A stretch of DNA of 64,000 nucleotides. Origin: Scyliorhinus canicula (taxonomy: Eukaryota). The DNA lies in assembly GCF_902713615.1 (NCBI RefSeq), contig NC_052166.1, forward strand, positions 47,531,870 to 47,595,869. The letters are read 5' to 3'. This document shows positions 12,701-24,820 of this stretch, piece after piece (within the stretch, counting starts at the first letter, position 1; each line of letters starts with the position of its first letter). The notes beneath the pieces were generated by a model. It was not told the origin of the DNA. It was given only the letters and a program-made list of their open reading frames with translations, and made no database searches. The translations under genes and the position numbers were made by a program.

Positions 12701-14040
12701 CTGTCTTCAGTCGCACAGCTCCCAGAGAGCAGTCTTCAGTCACACAGCTCCCACACAGAGCAGTCTTCAGCCACACAGCTCCCACACAGAGCAGTCTTCA
12801 GTCACACAGCTCCCAGAGAGCAGTCTTCAGTCACACAGCTCCCACACAGAGCAGTCTTCAGTCACACAGCTCCCACACAGAGCAGTCTTCAGCCACACAG
12901 CTCCCACACAGAGCAGTCTTCAGTCACACAGCTCCCACACAGAGCAGTCTTCAGTCACAAAGCTCCCAGAGAGCAGTCTACAGTCACACAGCTCCCACAC
13001 AGAGCAGTCTTCAGTCACACCGCTCCCACACAGGGCAGTCTTCAGCCACACAGCTCCCACACAGAGCAGTCTTCAGTCACACAGCTCCCAGAGAGCAGTC
13101 TTCAGTCACACAGCTCCCACACAGAGCAGTCTTCAGTCACACAACTCCCACGCAGAGCAGTCTTCAGTCACACAGCTCCCTCAGAGAGCAGTCTTCAGCC
13201 ACACAGCTCCCACACAGAGCAGTCTTCAGTCACACAGCTCCCACACAGAGCAGTCTTCAGTCACACAGTTCCCACAGAGAGCAGTCTTCAGTCACACAGC
13301 TCCCACACAGAGCTGTCTTCAGTCGCACAGCTCCCAGAGAGCAGTCTTCAGTCACACAGCTCCCACACAGAGCAGTCTTCAGCCACACAGCTCCCACACA
13401 GAGCAGTCTTCAGTCACACAGCTCCCAGAGAGCAGTCTACAGTCACACAGCTCCCACACAGAGCAGTCTTCAGTCACACAGCTCCCACACAGAGCAGTCT
13501 TCAGTCACACAGCTCCCAGAGAGCAGTCTTCAGTCACACAGTTCCCACAGAGAGCAGTCTTCAGCCACACAGCTCCCTCAGAGAGCAGTCTTCAGTCGCA
13601 CAGCTCCCAGAGAGCAGTCTTCAGTCACACAGTTCCCACACAGAGCAGTCTTCAGTCACACAGCTCCCAGAGAGCAGTCTTCAGTCACACAGCTCCCACA
13701 CAGAGCAGTCTTCAGTCACACAGCTCCCTCAAAGCATTCTTCAGTCACACAGCTCCCACACAGAGCAGTCTTCAGTCACACAGCTCCCACACAGAGCAGT
13801 CTTCAGTCACACAGCTCCCACACAGAGCAGTCTTCAGTCACACAGCTCCCTCAAAGCATTCTTCAGTCACACAGCTCCCACAGAGAGCAGTCTTCAGTCA
13901 CACAGCTCCCTCAGAGCAGTCTTCAGTCACACAGCTCCCACAGAGAGCAGTCTTCAGTCACACAGCTCCCACACAGAGCAGTCTTCAGTCACATAGCTCC
14001 CACACAGAGCAGTCTTCAGTCACACAGCTCCCTCAAGCTC
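6768..14040. repeat. Minisatellite of ~31-bp units (27-33 bp variants), roughly 240 copies, with higher-order duplications
   Basis: Consensus AGAGCAGTCTTCAGTCACACAGCTCCCACAC. Rare variants recur at exactly 2587-bp spacing (7271/9858, 8228/10815, 8629/11216). Confidence 0.97.
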
Positions 14041-14211
14041 CCGCAAAATTCCTGGCAGGCTTCAGCGAAAAGCCTCTTCCCCTTTCGAAACCCCGGCCCC
14101 TGACACATTCCCACCCCTTCCCGCACAGAGACCCACCTGATAGGTATGTTACATGCTGGTCGTGCCTTAATTTGCTGTCCGGTGCATTAACACCTTATCA
14201 ACATTATCTTG

Positions 14212-14442
14212 TGGCGGCACGGTGGCGCAGTGGTTAGCACTGCTGCCTTTCAATGCCGAGGACCCAGGTACGATTCCTGCCCTGGGTCACTGTCCGTGTG
14301 GAGTTTGCACATTCTCCCCATGTCTGTGTGTATCTTACTCCCACAACCTAAACATGTGCAGGGTAGGTTGATTGACTCGCTAAATTGCCCCTTCATTGGA
14401 AGAAAAATTGGATACTCTAAATTTAAATAAATAAATAATAAA
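14212..14442 (+). mobile_element. Short HE1-related SINE
   Basis: GGCGGCACGGTGGCGCAGTGGTTAGCAC head, AAATTGCCCCTT...TACTCTAAATTT end. Confidence 0.85.
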
Positions 14443-15509
14443 ACCCGCTATCTTGCTTGGGTTACATCACCAATTTAAAATTCAGGCCAAGGTGATGGAG
14501 AAAACATGGGGTCAGCTCGGGGTCAGTTTGGATGTAAAGTTTGTGAACATTCTCTTTCACCTCAGGTCAGAACAAGAGGGGAAGATGGAGCTGGTGGCAA
14601 TGGAATGGAATTGGTTACTAAATCTGAAAATCCCACGTTCATTGTTGGTCTCCACCAGCTTTTGCCAAATAGCAGTTGCGGCACATCAGAGAAATTCACT
14701 GCATGTGAAACACTTTGAGATATAATCAGGCGATACATACATCAACGCAAATCATTCTTCCTTCTCAGCTGATCTCAGCTTGAGGACAATATTTAGGGCT
14801 CTGATTAGGCGTGGAATAAAACCCTCTCCATTATTCCCAACCTTAGGTGAGCACCGTTTTCTCCATTGCCGAGACCTCTCTCTCAAGTGGGTTTGCCAAT
14901 TTGCAAACCATTTTGTGGTGTGGTTCAATGTCCACTCAGAACGAGAATTGCACCAACCAGGAAAGGGAGATTGCTCTCATTTTACTGCACTGGATTCAAG
15001 CCTTGGGCTTGGAGTGGAGTATACAATGTCCTAACTCAATGCATCTTATTCTTAATAATAGTTATAAAAACTCCATAATTTACATCAATATTACCTGTCC
15101 CTTTATTGTATCTCTGAGAGACTAAGTTTAAAAGTGAAGTGATTGCTGATGATTATGATATCACAACTTGTGTCACTGGCAGTCACTCATGCCACAGGGT
15201 TATGGTCATTTGAAGGTTGTAAACTGTGAAAGATATTATCACCTGATGATTTAAATACAAAACGTCAGGTGGCATAAAACATTGGGCAACTAATGAGAAA
15301 GGGAATCAGCCATGCTGAATAAAAGCAGAATCAGGACAGATGGAACCTAAACAACAACCTGCATTTCTATAGCACCTTAATGTTGTACAATGTTCCAAGG
15401 CGCTTCACACAAAAGTTATCAAACCAAATTTGGCACCGAAACATGTAAGAATTTTTCCAACACCTGAACAAAAGCTTGCTGAAAGAGGCATCTTTTAAAA
15501 GTGTCTTAA

Positions 15510-16170
15510 AGGAGGAGAGGGGGAGGGGGGCAAGATTCAGGGAGGAGAGGTAGCGAGATGGAGAGAGATTCAGGGAGGAGGGGGAAGGGAGGTGGTGGGA
15601 TTCAGTGAGGTGAGGGAGGTATTGAGAGAAATTCAGGGAGGAGACAGAGAGCTGGTGAGATGGAGAGATTAAGGGGAGAGAGAGAGATGTAACGAGATGG
15701 AAAGATTCAGGAAGGAGGTGGAGAGATGGAGAGTCAGGGATGCGAGAAAGAGGTGGAGAGATTCAGGGATGAGAGAGGGCAGTAACAAAATGGAGAGATT
15801 GAGGGAGGAGAGACAGGGGTGATGATATGGAGAGATTCAGGGCGGGGAAGGAGGTGGAGAGATGAAGAGATTTAGGGAGGAGTGAAGGAGGTGGAGAGAT
15901 AGTGAGGGTCAGGGTGGCGAGATGGAAGAGATTCAGGGAGAAGGGAGGTAGAGAGATTCAGGGAGGAGAGAAGGAGCTGGGGAGATGGAGAGGTCTCAGG
16001 GAGGAGAGAGGTCTAGAGATGGAGAGATTCAGGGAGGAGAGATGGAGGTCTCGAGATGAAGAGATTCAGGGAGGAAGGAGGTCTAGAAATGGAGAAATTC
16101 AGGGAGGAGGTGGAGAGATTCAGGGAGGAGAAGGAGGTTGTGAGATGGAGAGATTCAGGGAAGGAACTTA
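15510..16170. repeat. Purine-rich degenerate tandem repeat (GATGGAGAGATTCAGGGAGGAG-like) within an L2-like relic
   Basis: Repeated GGAGAGATTCAGGGA motifs; flanks at 15350-15510 and 16170-16460 resemble a reverse-strand L2 3' region. Confidence 0.7.
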
Positions 16171-16476
16171 AGAGGGAGTTGTAAACATGGTCATCAATGG
16201 TGGCACAATTAAAAAAAAGGATTAATCGGCAGTCAGAACTGGAGGATTGCAGTGAAATAGGATTGCCAGGCTGGAGAAAGTTGCAAAGATCGGGAGGGGA
16301 AGAGGTTCCCGAGGGATTTGGGCAAGAATGTTCAAGCTGAGGGGCTGCAGGATCAGGACCAATATGTGTTAGTGAGCTCAGGCTGATGAGTGAACAGGTT
16401 TGGGGCTAGTCAGGATATGGATGCAGCATTTGGGATGAGCTCAGGTTTATGGAGTTATGTGGTGACACGTCGGGTG

Positions 16477-16655
16477 ACGGCTTCTCGGCCTTTTGGCTAA
16501 GATGAGCGTGAGGTCAGGTGTAATGCCTGGATCTGGTATGTCTCTTCTGTGGGGATCGTGAGTTGGATTCAGTTTGGGTTGGATTTTGGAGCGCGTAAGG
16601 AGCTGGATTGGGTGTTTGCCCCTGTCCACACTCTGCTCTGGCTTTGTAACTCCGA
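16477..16655 (+). pseudogene. Diverged U2 snRNA-derived sequence (retro-copy or SINEU-like head)
   Basis: GCTTCTCGGCCTTTTGGCTAAGAT is identical to U2 nt ~4-27. Colinear downstream matches: ATCTGGTATGTC, Sm-like GGATTTTGGAGC, TTGCCCCTGTCCAC, CTGGCTTTGTAACTCC. The branch-point recognition GTAGTA is lost. Confidence 0.85.
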
Positions 16656-16677
16656 TCAAGTAATTTTTTAAAAAAGG

Positions 16678-17511
16678 ATGAGTCGGGTGTTTGAGGGGAT
16701 AGAGGATAAGTCCGAGGGGTGTGGGAGGGACCCAGTGAATCACGTACATATTGGTCTGGCCATGTCCTAAGCTAGTGAACGTTTAGGCTCTTTCTTCAGC
16801 ACCGTGTCAGTAATCGTAAGCAGGGAGCTGGAATGGGGTCAGATGTTTTAACCCAGGGGTGGGCAAACTACGGCCCGCGGGCCGCATGCGGCCCGCCAAA
16901 GGTCTTTATGCGGCCCACCAAGATTTTTTTTTTTTAATTTTAAGGTTAATGGGGGGGGCTGTTGGATTACTGGTATAGGGTTGACTTGAGTAGGGTGATC
17001 ATTGCTCGGCACAACATGTGTTTCATGTGAAGTTTCTACTTTAAAATATTAATTAATAAAAATTAATTGCTTTTTTTTTCTTTAAAAACCTTTTATTTTG
17101 GCTATTTTAAATATTAATTATTTTACTTAATATACTATGCGGCCCTTTAAAATTGTGAATTTCTGAATGTGGCCCTTGCACGGAAAAGTTTGCCCACCCC
17201 TGTTTTAACCTTTGCCTCGCTGATTGCTCGTAGGCGGGTTCTGTTGAAGTGGAGGTCAGCTTCTCCACCCAGTGCCTCGGTGTGGCTGGGGGAGTTTTTG
17301 TATTTGGAGAAAGTTAAACACACGCTGAGGGGGTCGATTGGGAGCTTCTCTATAAGAAGGCAACCTTTTGTTATGTATCTTAAAGAGCTGATCACTGTCA
17401 GCTGTTAGGAGGGGTAGGGGGTTTGGGGGGCTGTTCTTGATTATGTTTTTGTATATAAATTTAAAAATGTTTTTTACCATATTTTTATATTAGAAATATT
17501 TACCAAAAAAA
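16678..17511 (+). mobile_element. L1-clade LINE 3' fragment directly after the U2-like head, split by a hAT MITE
   Basis: Reads MSRVFEGIEDK...NHVHILVWPCPKL and DVLTFASLIARRRVLLKWR...YLEKVKHTLRGS, homologous to the C-terminus of the L1 ORF2 at 18802-20271; A-rich end at ~17505. Confidence 0.8.
16854..17202. mobile_element. Non-autonomous hAT (Charlie-like) DNA transposon / MITE, 349 bp
   Basis: Perfect 16-bp TIRs CAGGGGTGGGCAAACT / AGTTTGCCCACCCCTG; perfect 8-bp TSD TTTTAACC (16846-16853 and 17203-17210). Confidence 0.95.
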
Positions 17512-17831
17512 GGCTGCACTTGTAGGGTTCAAGAAATGGGCTCCAAATCTTTCCCCTGAAGGAGCACATTAGCCCCCTCATTCTCTCTGGTTACAATTCT
17601 ACTGGTGACAGCAGCAGAAGATGGAACGCTGAATGTGAAGGGATTCACTTAAATTGGAATTCTTACATTCAATAGTCAGCAAGGCGACTTATTGGTTCAC
17701 CTATCCGGGCAGTAAATGTAACATTTCCAGTCTGTTGTGTATCTATTGGTGCGAACTGTTATACTAACTAATATTCGACGGTCAGTTCAATGTGATTACA
17801 AATATTTTTGTACAAGCTTTAATGTGATCCC

Positions 17832-18042
17832 AGTGGTTAGCACAGCTGCCTCACGGCACCGAGGTCCCAGGTTCGATCCCGGCTCTGGGTCACTGTCCGT
17901 GTGGAGATTGCACATTCTCCCCATGTCTGCGTGGGTTTCGCCCCCACAATCCAAAGATGTGCAGGTTAGGTGGATTGGCCACGATAAATTGCCCCTCAAT
18001 TGGAAAAAATGAATTGGGTACTCTAAATTTATTTTTAAAAAA
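17832..18042 (+). mobile_element. Short HE1-related SINE
   Basis: Same family as 14212 and 52692; flanked by the direct repeat TTTAATGTGATCC. Confidence 0.85.
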
Positions 18043-18574
18043 GTTTTAATGTGATCCATACTTTAATGTGAGCTCATGACAGAATCGGCAATACTATAAA
18101 ACACATGTTGCAGGTTTTAAATATTTTGTGCAGTGATTCAGCTGCGAGTGTAAGGCCCAGACTATGTTGGGATTTATATCTTCTCCCTCACAAGTGAAAT
18201 GAGCGATTGCATCAGTGTTGGGGTGAGCAATTGCAGAGTGGAGGCTATGAAAATTGGAACATTTATGCGGGTATCCTTCGCATGAGTAAAACTTTGGCTG
18301 TGGCATCCTCAAACCACAAATTCCGAGCCATTTTATAATGACTTTGGTTCTAGATTCATGCCAACGTTTCTGATACAATTTTTTAAAGTCTCCCAGCTGA
18401 GTCAGACAGGGTGGATTTAGGTCCTATTCCATCAGATCTGTAGCTTTGGTGATGTTGGCTGTTAATGTTCAACATTAGGGGACCACGTGATGTGAGCACG
18501 GGAGCAGCTGCGTTTTTGAGAACTCCAGCTCCGCTCACTTTCAATCTTTATTTTTCTCCTCATTCACATCTCTT

Positions 18575-21133
18575 TTTTTTTAAATAAACAATTTTATTGA
18601 GGTAGTTTTTGGCTTTATAAACAGTTACAGACATCATCAGAAAGAAAGCAAAAAAGGCAAAAATGTGCAAACATCCATGTACTTTCAATACTTCCATCGT
18701 AACATACTGCACAAGCCCGCTCCTCTCCCACCGGTACTACCCGCCATATTTTCCCTCCTACTCTACTCTACACCCCCTCTACCCCCACCCCCTGCTGACG
18801 CTCACTCTCCCGCAAAGAAGTCAATAAATGGTTGCCACCTCCGGGCGAACCCCTCCACAGATCCCCTCAAGGCGAACTTAATTTTTTCCATCCCCAGGAA
18901 ACTCGACATGTCCGCAAGCCACAACTCCGTCTTCGGGGGCTTTGAGTCCCTCCACGCCAATAGTATTGGTCGCCGGGCTATCAGGGAAGCAAAGGTCAAA
19001 ACATCGGCCTCTTTCTCCCCCTGGACCCCCGGGTCTTCCGAAACCCCAAAAATTGTCACCCCTGGACTCATCACCACCCTTGTTTTTAGCACCCGGGACA
19101 TGACCCCCGCAAAACCCTCCCAGTACCCCCTCAGCTTAGGGCATGCCCAAAACATGTGAATGTGGTTCGCTGGTCCTCCCGCGCACCTAGCGCATTTGTC
19201 CTCTATCCCGAAGAATTTGCTCATCCGAGCCACCGTCATATGGGCCCGGTGAACGACCTTAAACTGAATCAGCCCGAGCCTAGCACATGTCGCGGTCGAA
19301 TTTACCCTACTCAGGGCCTCTGCCCACAGCCCATCCTCCATTTCCCCACCTAGCTCCTCCTCCCATTTAAGTTTCAGTTCCTCTGTCTGGGACCCTTCCT
19401 CCCTCATGAGCACCTTATAAATACCCGAGACTCTACCCTCCCCTTCTTCCCTCCTAGAGACTATTCTGTCTAGGATCCCCATTGGCGGGAGGCGTGGGAA
19501 AGATGGGACCTGTCTACGAACAAAGTCCCGCAACTGTAGGTATCTAAAGTCATTTCCCCTTACCAACCCAAATTTCACCTCCAAGTTCCTCAAACTCGCA
19601 AAGCTCCCTTCCAGGAACATATCACCCACCCTTCCCACCCCCGTCCGCCACCATACTCGGAACCCCCCATCCATACTGCCGGGGGCAAACCGATGGTTGT
19701 CGCAGATTGGCGCCCAGACAGACGCCCCCATCTCCCCTACATGCCTCCTCCACTGGCCCCATATCTGCAGGGTCGCCACCACTACCGAGCTGGTGGTGTA
19801 CTTGGCCGGCGGCAGCAGTAGAGGAGCCGTGACCAGGGCTGCCAAGCTGGAGCCCCTGCACGAAGCCGCCTCCACCCGCTCCCAGATAGACCCCGTACCC
19901 ACCATCCACTTCCTTATCATAGCGATGTTGGCCGCCCAGTAATAATTAATCAGACTCGGCAAAGCCAGCCCTCCCTCGCTGCGGTTCCTCTCCAACATCG
20001 CCTTCTTCACCTGCGGGGATTTTCCCGCCCAGACAAAGCTCATGATCATCCCATTAACTCTTTTGAAGAAGGACTGTGGGATAAAGATCGGGAGGCACTG
20101 AAAAATAAACAGAAATCGAGGGAGGATTGTCATCTTTACAGTCTGCACCCTCCCTGCCAACGACAGCGGGAGTGCATCCCATCTCCGAAACTCTCCCTTC
20201 ATTTGCTCCACCACCCTGGCCAAATTTAACTTATGCAGCCGGCCCCAGTCTCGTACCACCTGGATTCCCAAATACCGGAAATCTTCCTCAACCAGCCTAA
20301 ACGGTAGCCCTCTCGATCTGTTCTCCTAGCCCCTTGCCTGGACCACAAACATTTCACTCTTGACCGTATTTAATTTTTATCCTGAGAACTGGCTGAACTT
20401 CCTCAACATTCCCAGTATACTTCCCATCCCGGCCACTGGGTCCGACACATACAGGAGCAGGTCGTCTGCATAAAGAGAGACCCTATGTTCTATCCCGCCC
20501 CTCACCATTCCCTTCCATCCCTCTGCGGCTCTCAGCGCAATCGCCAGCAGCTCTATGGCCAGCGCAAACAGCAGCGGGGAGAGCGGGCAGCCCTGTCTGG
20601 TCCCTCGGTACAACCTAAAGTACTCTGACACTTCTCTGTTAGTCCTGACGCTGGCCCTCGGGGCCTGATATAATAATTTGATCCAATCCACCAATCCCTC
20701 CCCGAACCCAAACCGTCCGAGCACCTCCCATAGATAGTCCCACTCCACCCAGTCAAAGGCCTTCTCGGCGTCCATTGCCACCACTACCTCCAGCTCCCTA
20801 CCCACTGGGGGCATCATTATCACATTAAGTAATCTTCTCAGGTTGGCTGCCAGCTGCCTACCTTTCACGAACCCAGTTTGATCCTTCCCAATCACCTCCG
20901 GTACGCAGTCCTCCATTCTACCCGCCAGTACCTTTGCCAGGAGCTTGGCGTCTACATTAATCAGGGAGATTGGCCTGTAGGACCTGCACGCCTCCGGGTC
21001 TTTACCCCGCTTCAATATCAGAGATATGGTGGCTTGTGACATTGTCGGCGGCAGGGTCCCTCTGTCCCTTGCCTCATTGAAAACCCTCGCCAAGACCGGG
21101 CCCACCAGCTCAGAGAACTTCCTATAGAACTCT
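18575..21133 (-). mobile_element. 5'-truncated L1-clade LINE (ORF2 RT to C-terminus), young
   Basis: RT motifs DAEKAFD, GTRQGCPLSPLLF, YADD and a C-terminal CARC...H...C motif. ORFs 20377-21105 and 18802-20271 are in the same frame, split by stops at 20377-20379 and 20326-20328. Poly-A at ~18575 and a ~14-bp TSD ATTCAC(A/T)TCTCTTT. Confidence 0.95.
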
Positions 21134-22394
21134 AATTCACTTCTCTTTTATGCCTTTTATCGGCTTGCATGGCTTTTATATGTATTGAGATTTGTTGGTC
21201 AATGTTTCAGCACTTTTGAGTCAAAACAATGTGGTTTACTCCTCGGTGATTCATGGCAACTGAGGGAGTTGGGGTGGGGCCTGGTTTTTGGTGGAGCTGC
21301 TGCCTTTGAGATGTTTCCCACTCTGATGACATGAATGAAGGCTGCTGGTGATCCGTCTGATAGTCTTGTCTCTGCGGTGCGGGATGTTAAAGCCCAATTT
21401 TAAGAGTTGCAAGGCATCTTCATGGAGGTGAAAGCAGTGCAGGAGGAAGTTCTTGTAGCAGAGAGAGCACTGTCTCTGGTGGAGGTCAACTTCACATGGT
21501 TGGGTTCCTGTTGCATGGCCTGTCATCCATTCTGAAGAATTCGGGTGAGGATAAAGGGGAGCCGGTTAGGAGCCCGATTATGCCTGGTGTCCCCGGTGAG
21601 GTGAGAGGTGTTCCCAGCTGAGTTTGAAAACTGGCTACTATTTCTTGGGAGTCTCTATCTGGAGAATGGGCAGCTTGGATTCAATGGAACACATATAATC
21701 CTATCTTCAGGCCTGGGTTGGCCTCCCAACCTCTGGTTCTTTGTGGTCCTGTTGTCGGTTGAGAGACATTGGGGTTGACTGAGTCAGCCGGTCTGTTCCT
21801 CCACTTGCTGAAGCCTACGTAGTTGACCATCTGAGCTAGGTTGTGTCGGCAAGTTGGAACTAATGAGATGCCTGCTCCATTGATTGGAATCTTTGGAAGA
21901 TCCTGAAGTATGCTCTCCATCTCAGATCTTGCTTCATCTTGGATGCCAACGTTCTTTGTGCGCCAGTGGAGTGGTCTTTGTTCTGATGAATGGTTCATTT
22001 CTCAGTTTTTATCCTGGATTTTACTCCTTGTTAAAGCTGCCTATCATTTGCATGCAAGGAAGTAAATATTTCAGGCGTGATGTCCTGCACCGTTGGTTAT
22101 CCTGATTTAATAAGGTTTTAACATGTTAGACTGAATATTGTGTTCAGGAGTTATGCAGTTTCTTTATCCAAATAAAAGTAAAAGGTAAAATCACCATCGT
22201 CCCAATGACCATAGGACAGCTGACTGGTGGTGATTTAACATGAGGATCACCACACCTCAGACGAGGGGTAAGATTGAGAAGGCTTCATGAATAGCCTCAG
22301 CCGGTAGAGGAATCGAATCCACACTGTTGGCCTTGCTCTGCATCACAAGCCAACTGAGAGCTAGGGCAAGGGACAAAGGTGAGGAAATGTAAAC

Positions 22395-24820
22395 TATTCC
22401 CCAATGGCTACTTCAGCCATTATCACAGCGGTCTACATCCCACCCCAGGCAGAAGTGAGCAAGGCGCTGGATGAACTGTACACAGTCATAAACAACTACG
22501 AAACAGATCACCCGGAGGCCTTGTTCATCGTGGCCGGAGACTTCAACAAGGCCAACCTCAAGAGTGTACTGCCAAAATTCCACCAACACATCTCCTGTCC
22601 CACCAGGGGCGACAACACTCTTGACCACTGCTACTCAAAAATCAAAGGCGCCTACCGTTCCATCCCCCGACCGCATTTTGGGAAATCAGACCATAAGACT
22701 GTGCTCCATCTCCCGGCTTACAAGCAGAAACTGAAGCAGGAGAATCCAGCTAAGACGGTTGTGCAGTGCTGTTCCGAGGAGACAGAAGAGCTCTTACATG
22801 ACTGCTTAGAGACAGTGGACTGGTCCATATTTAAGAACTCAGCGACTAACTTAAATGAGTATGCCACCACCGTCACAGACTTCCATCAGCAAATGTCTGG
22901 ACGACTGCGTGCCAAAGAAAGCAGTACGTACGTTCCCCAATCGGAAACCATGGCTGAACCGCGAGATTGACTCCCTACTGAAGGACAGATCTGAGGCGTT
23001 CAAGGCAGACGACCCTGTCCTATACAAGAAATCCAGGTACGACCTCCGCAAAGCCACCTGAGATGCCAAGAGAGAATATCAAACTAAGCTAGAGTCACAG
23101 ACAGACTCTCGGCGGTTGTGGCAAGGACTAAACACCAAAACGGGCTACAAAGCGAAGCCGAGCAGTATCTCTGGCAGCAGCGCACCCCTCCCCGATGAAC
23201 TTAATGCATTCTATGCTCGGTTCGATCAGGTAACCAACAATCCGCTGTCGAGTGCCCCAGCAGCCCATAATTCACCCATACCCACCTTCACAGTTTCCGA
23301 AGTCAGATCGGTCTTCCTGAAAATGAACCCGCGGAAGGAGATGGGCCCGGACGGGATCCCTGGTCGAGCACTCAGAGCCTGCGCAGACCAGCTGGCAGAG
23401 GTATTCACAGACATCTTGAACCTGTCCCTACTCCACTCCGAGGTCCCCACCTGCTTCAAGAAGACCACCATCATACCGGTACCAAAGAAGAACCAGGCAA
23501 CATGCCTCAATGACTACTGCCCGGTGGCCCTGACGTCAGTTGTAATGAAGTGCTACGAGAGGCTGATCATGAAGCGCATCACCTCCATACTCCCGGAACG
23601 CCTTGACCCACTTCAATTGGCATACCGTCGCAACCGGTCCACATCTGAGGCCATTTCCCTGGCCCTACACTCATCCCGAGAGCATTTCGAAAACAAGGAC
23701 TCCTACATCAGACTCCTATTTATTGACTACAGCTCTGCCTTCAACACCATAATCCCAGCCCAGCTCATATCAAAGCTCCAAAACCTAAGACTTGGCTCTC
23801 CACTCTGCAACTGGATCCTCGATTTTCTGACCAACAGACCACAATCAGTAAGAATGAACACCAACACCTCCTCCACAATAGTCCTCAATACCGGTGCCCC
23901 CGGTGCAGCAAGGCTGCATACTTAGCCCCCTACTCTACTCCCTGTATACACACGACTGCGTGTCAAAACTTGGTTTAACTCCATCTACAAGTTTGCTGAC
24001 GATACAACCATAGTGTGCCGGATCTCGAATAACGACGAGTCAGAATACAGGAAGGAGATAGAGAACCTAGTGGAGTGGTGTAATGACAACAATCTCTCCC
24101 TCAATGCCAGCAAAACTAAAGAGCTGGTCATTGACTTCAGGAAGCAAAGTACTGTACACACCCCTGTCAGCATCAACAGGGCCGAAGTGGAGATGGTTAG
24201 CAGTTTCAAATTCCTCGTGGTGCACATCACCAAAAATCTGTCCTGGTCCACTCACGTCGACGCTATCACCAAGAAAGCACAACAGCGCCTATACTTCCTC
24301 AGGAAACTAAGGAAATTCGGCATGTCCACATTAACCCTTACCAACTTTTACAGATGCACTATAGAAAACATCCTATCGGGCTGCATCACAGCCTGGTATG
24401 GCAACTGCTCGGCCCAGGACCGCAAGGAACTTCAGAGTCGTGAATACCGCCCAGTCCATCACACAAACCTGCCTCCCATCCATGGACTCCATCTACATCT
24501 CCCGCTGCGGGGGGAAAGCAGGCAGCATAATTAAGGATCCCTCCCACCCGGCTTATTCACTTTTCCAACTTCTTCCATCGGGCAGGAGATACAGAAGTCT
24601 GAGAACACGCACGAACAGACTCAAAAACAGCTTCTTCCCCACTCACCAGACTCCTAAATGACCCTCTTATTGACTGACCTCATTAACACTACACCCTGTA
24701 TGCTTCATCCGATGCCAATGCTTTACTGAATGATCTGTTGAGCTGCTTGCAGAAAAATACTTTTCACTGTACCTCGGTACATGTGACAATAAAAAAATCC
24801 AATCCAATCTAATCCAAACC
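22395..24820 (+). mobile_element. Rex1/Babar-type LINE (APE endonuclease + RT), frameshifted
   Basis: VYIPP...AGDFN...TRGDNTLDHCY...GKSDH (endonuclease); LFIDYSSAFNTI and KFADD (RT); KAQQRLYFLRKL; (TCCAA)n-like tail. Confidence 0.9.

Noticed and set aside
6768-14040. CRISPR-like array (constant repeat plus variable segment)
   Set aside because: The variable parts are a few bases drawn from a handful of recurring variants, not unique spacers; there are no cas genes and the context is vertebrate. It is a minisatellite.
16477-16655. Functional U2 snRNA gene
   Set aside because: The branch-point recognition sequence is lost, there are insertions, the Sm site is shortened, and I see no PSE or 3' box.
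16477-17511. Keno/Utopia-type site-specific insertion into a U2 gene
   Set aside because: Those elements interrupt U2 near its 5' end; here the U2-like sequence is near full-length and entirely upstream of the LINE fragment.
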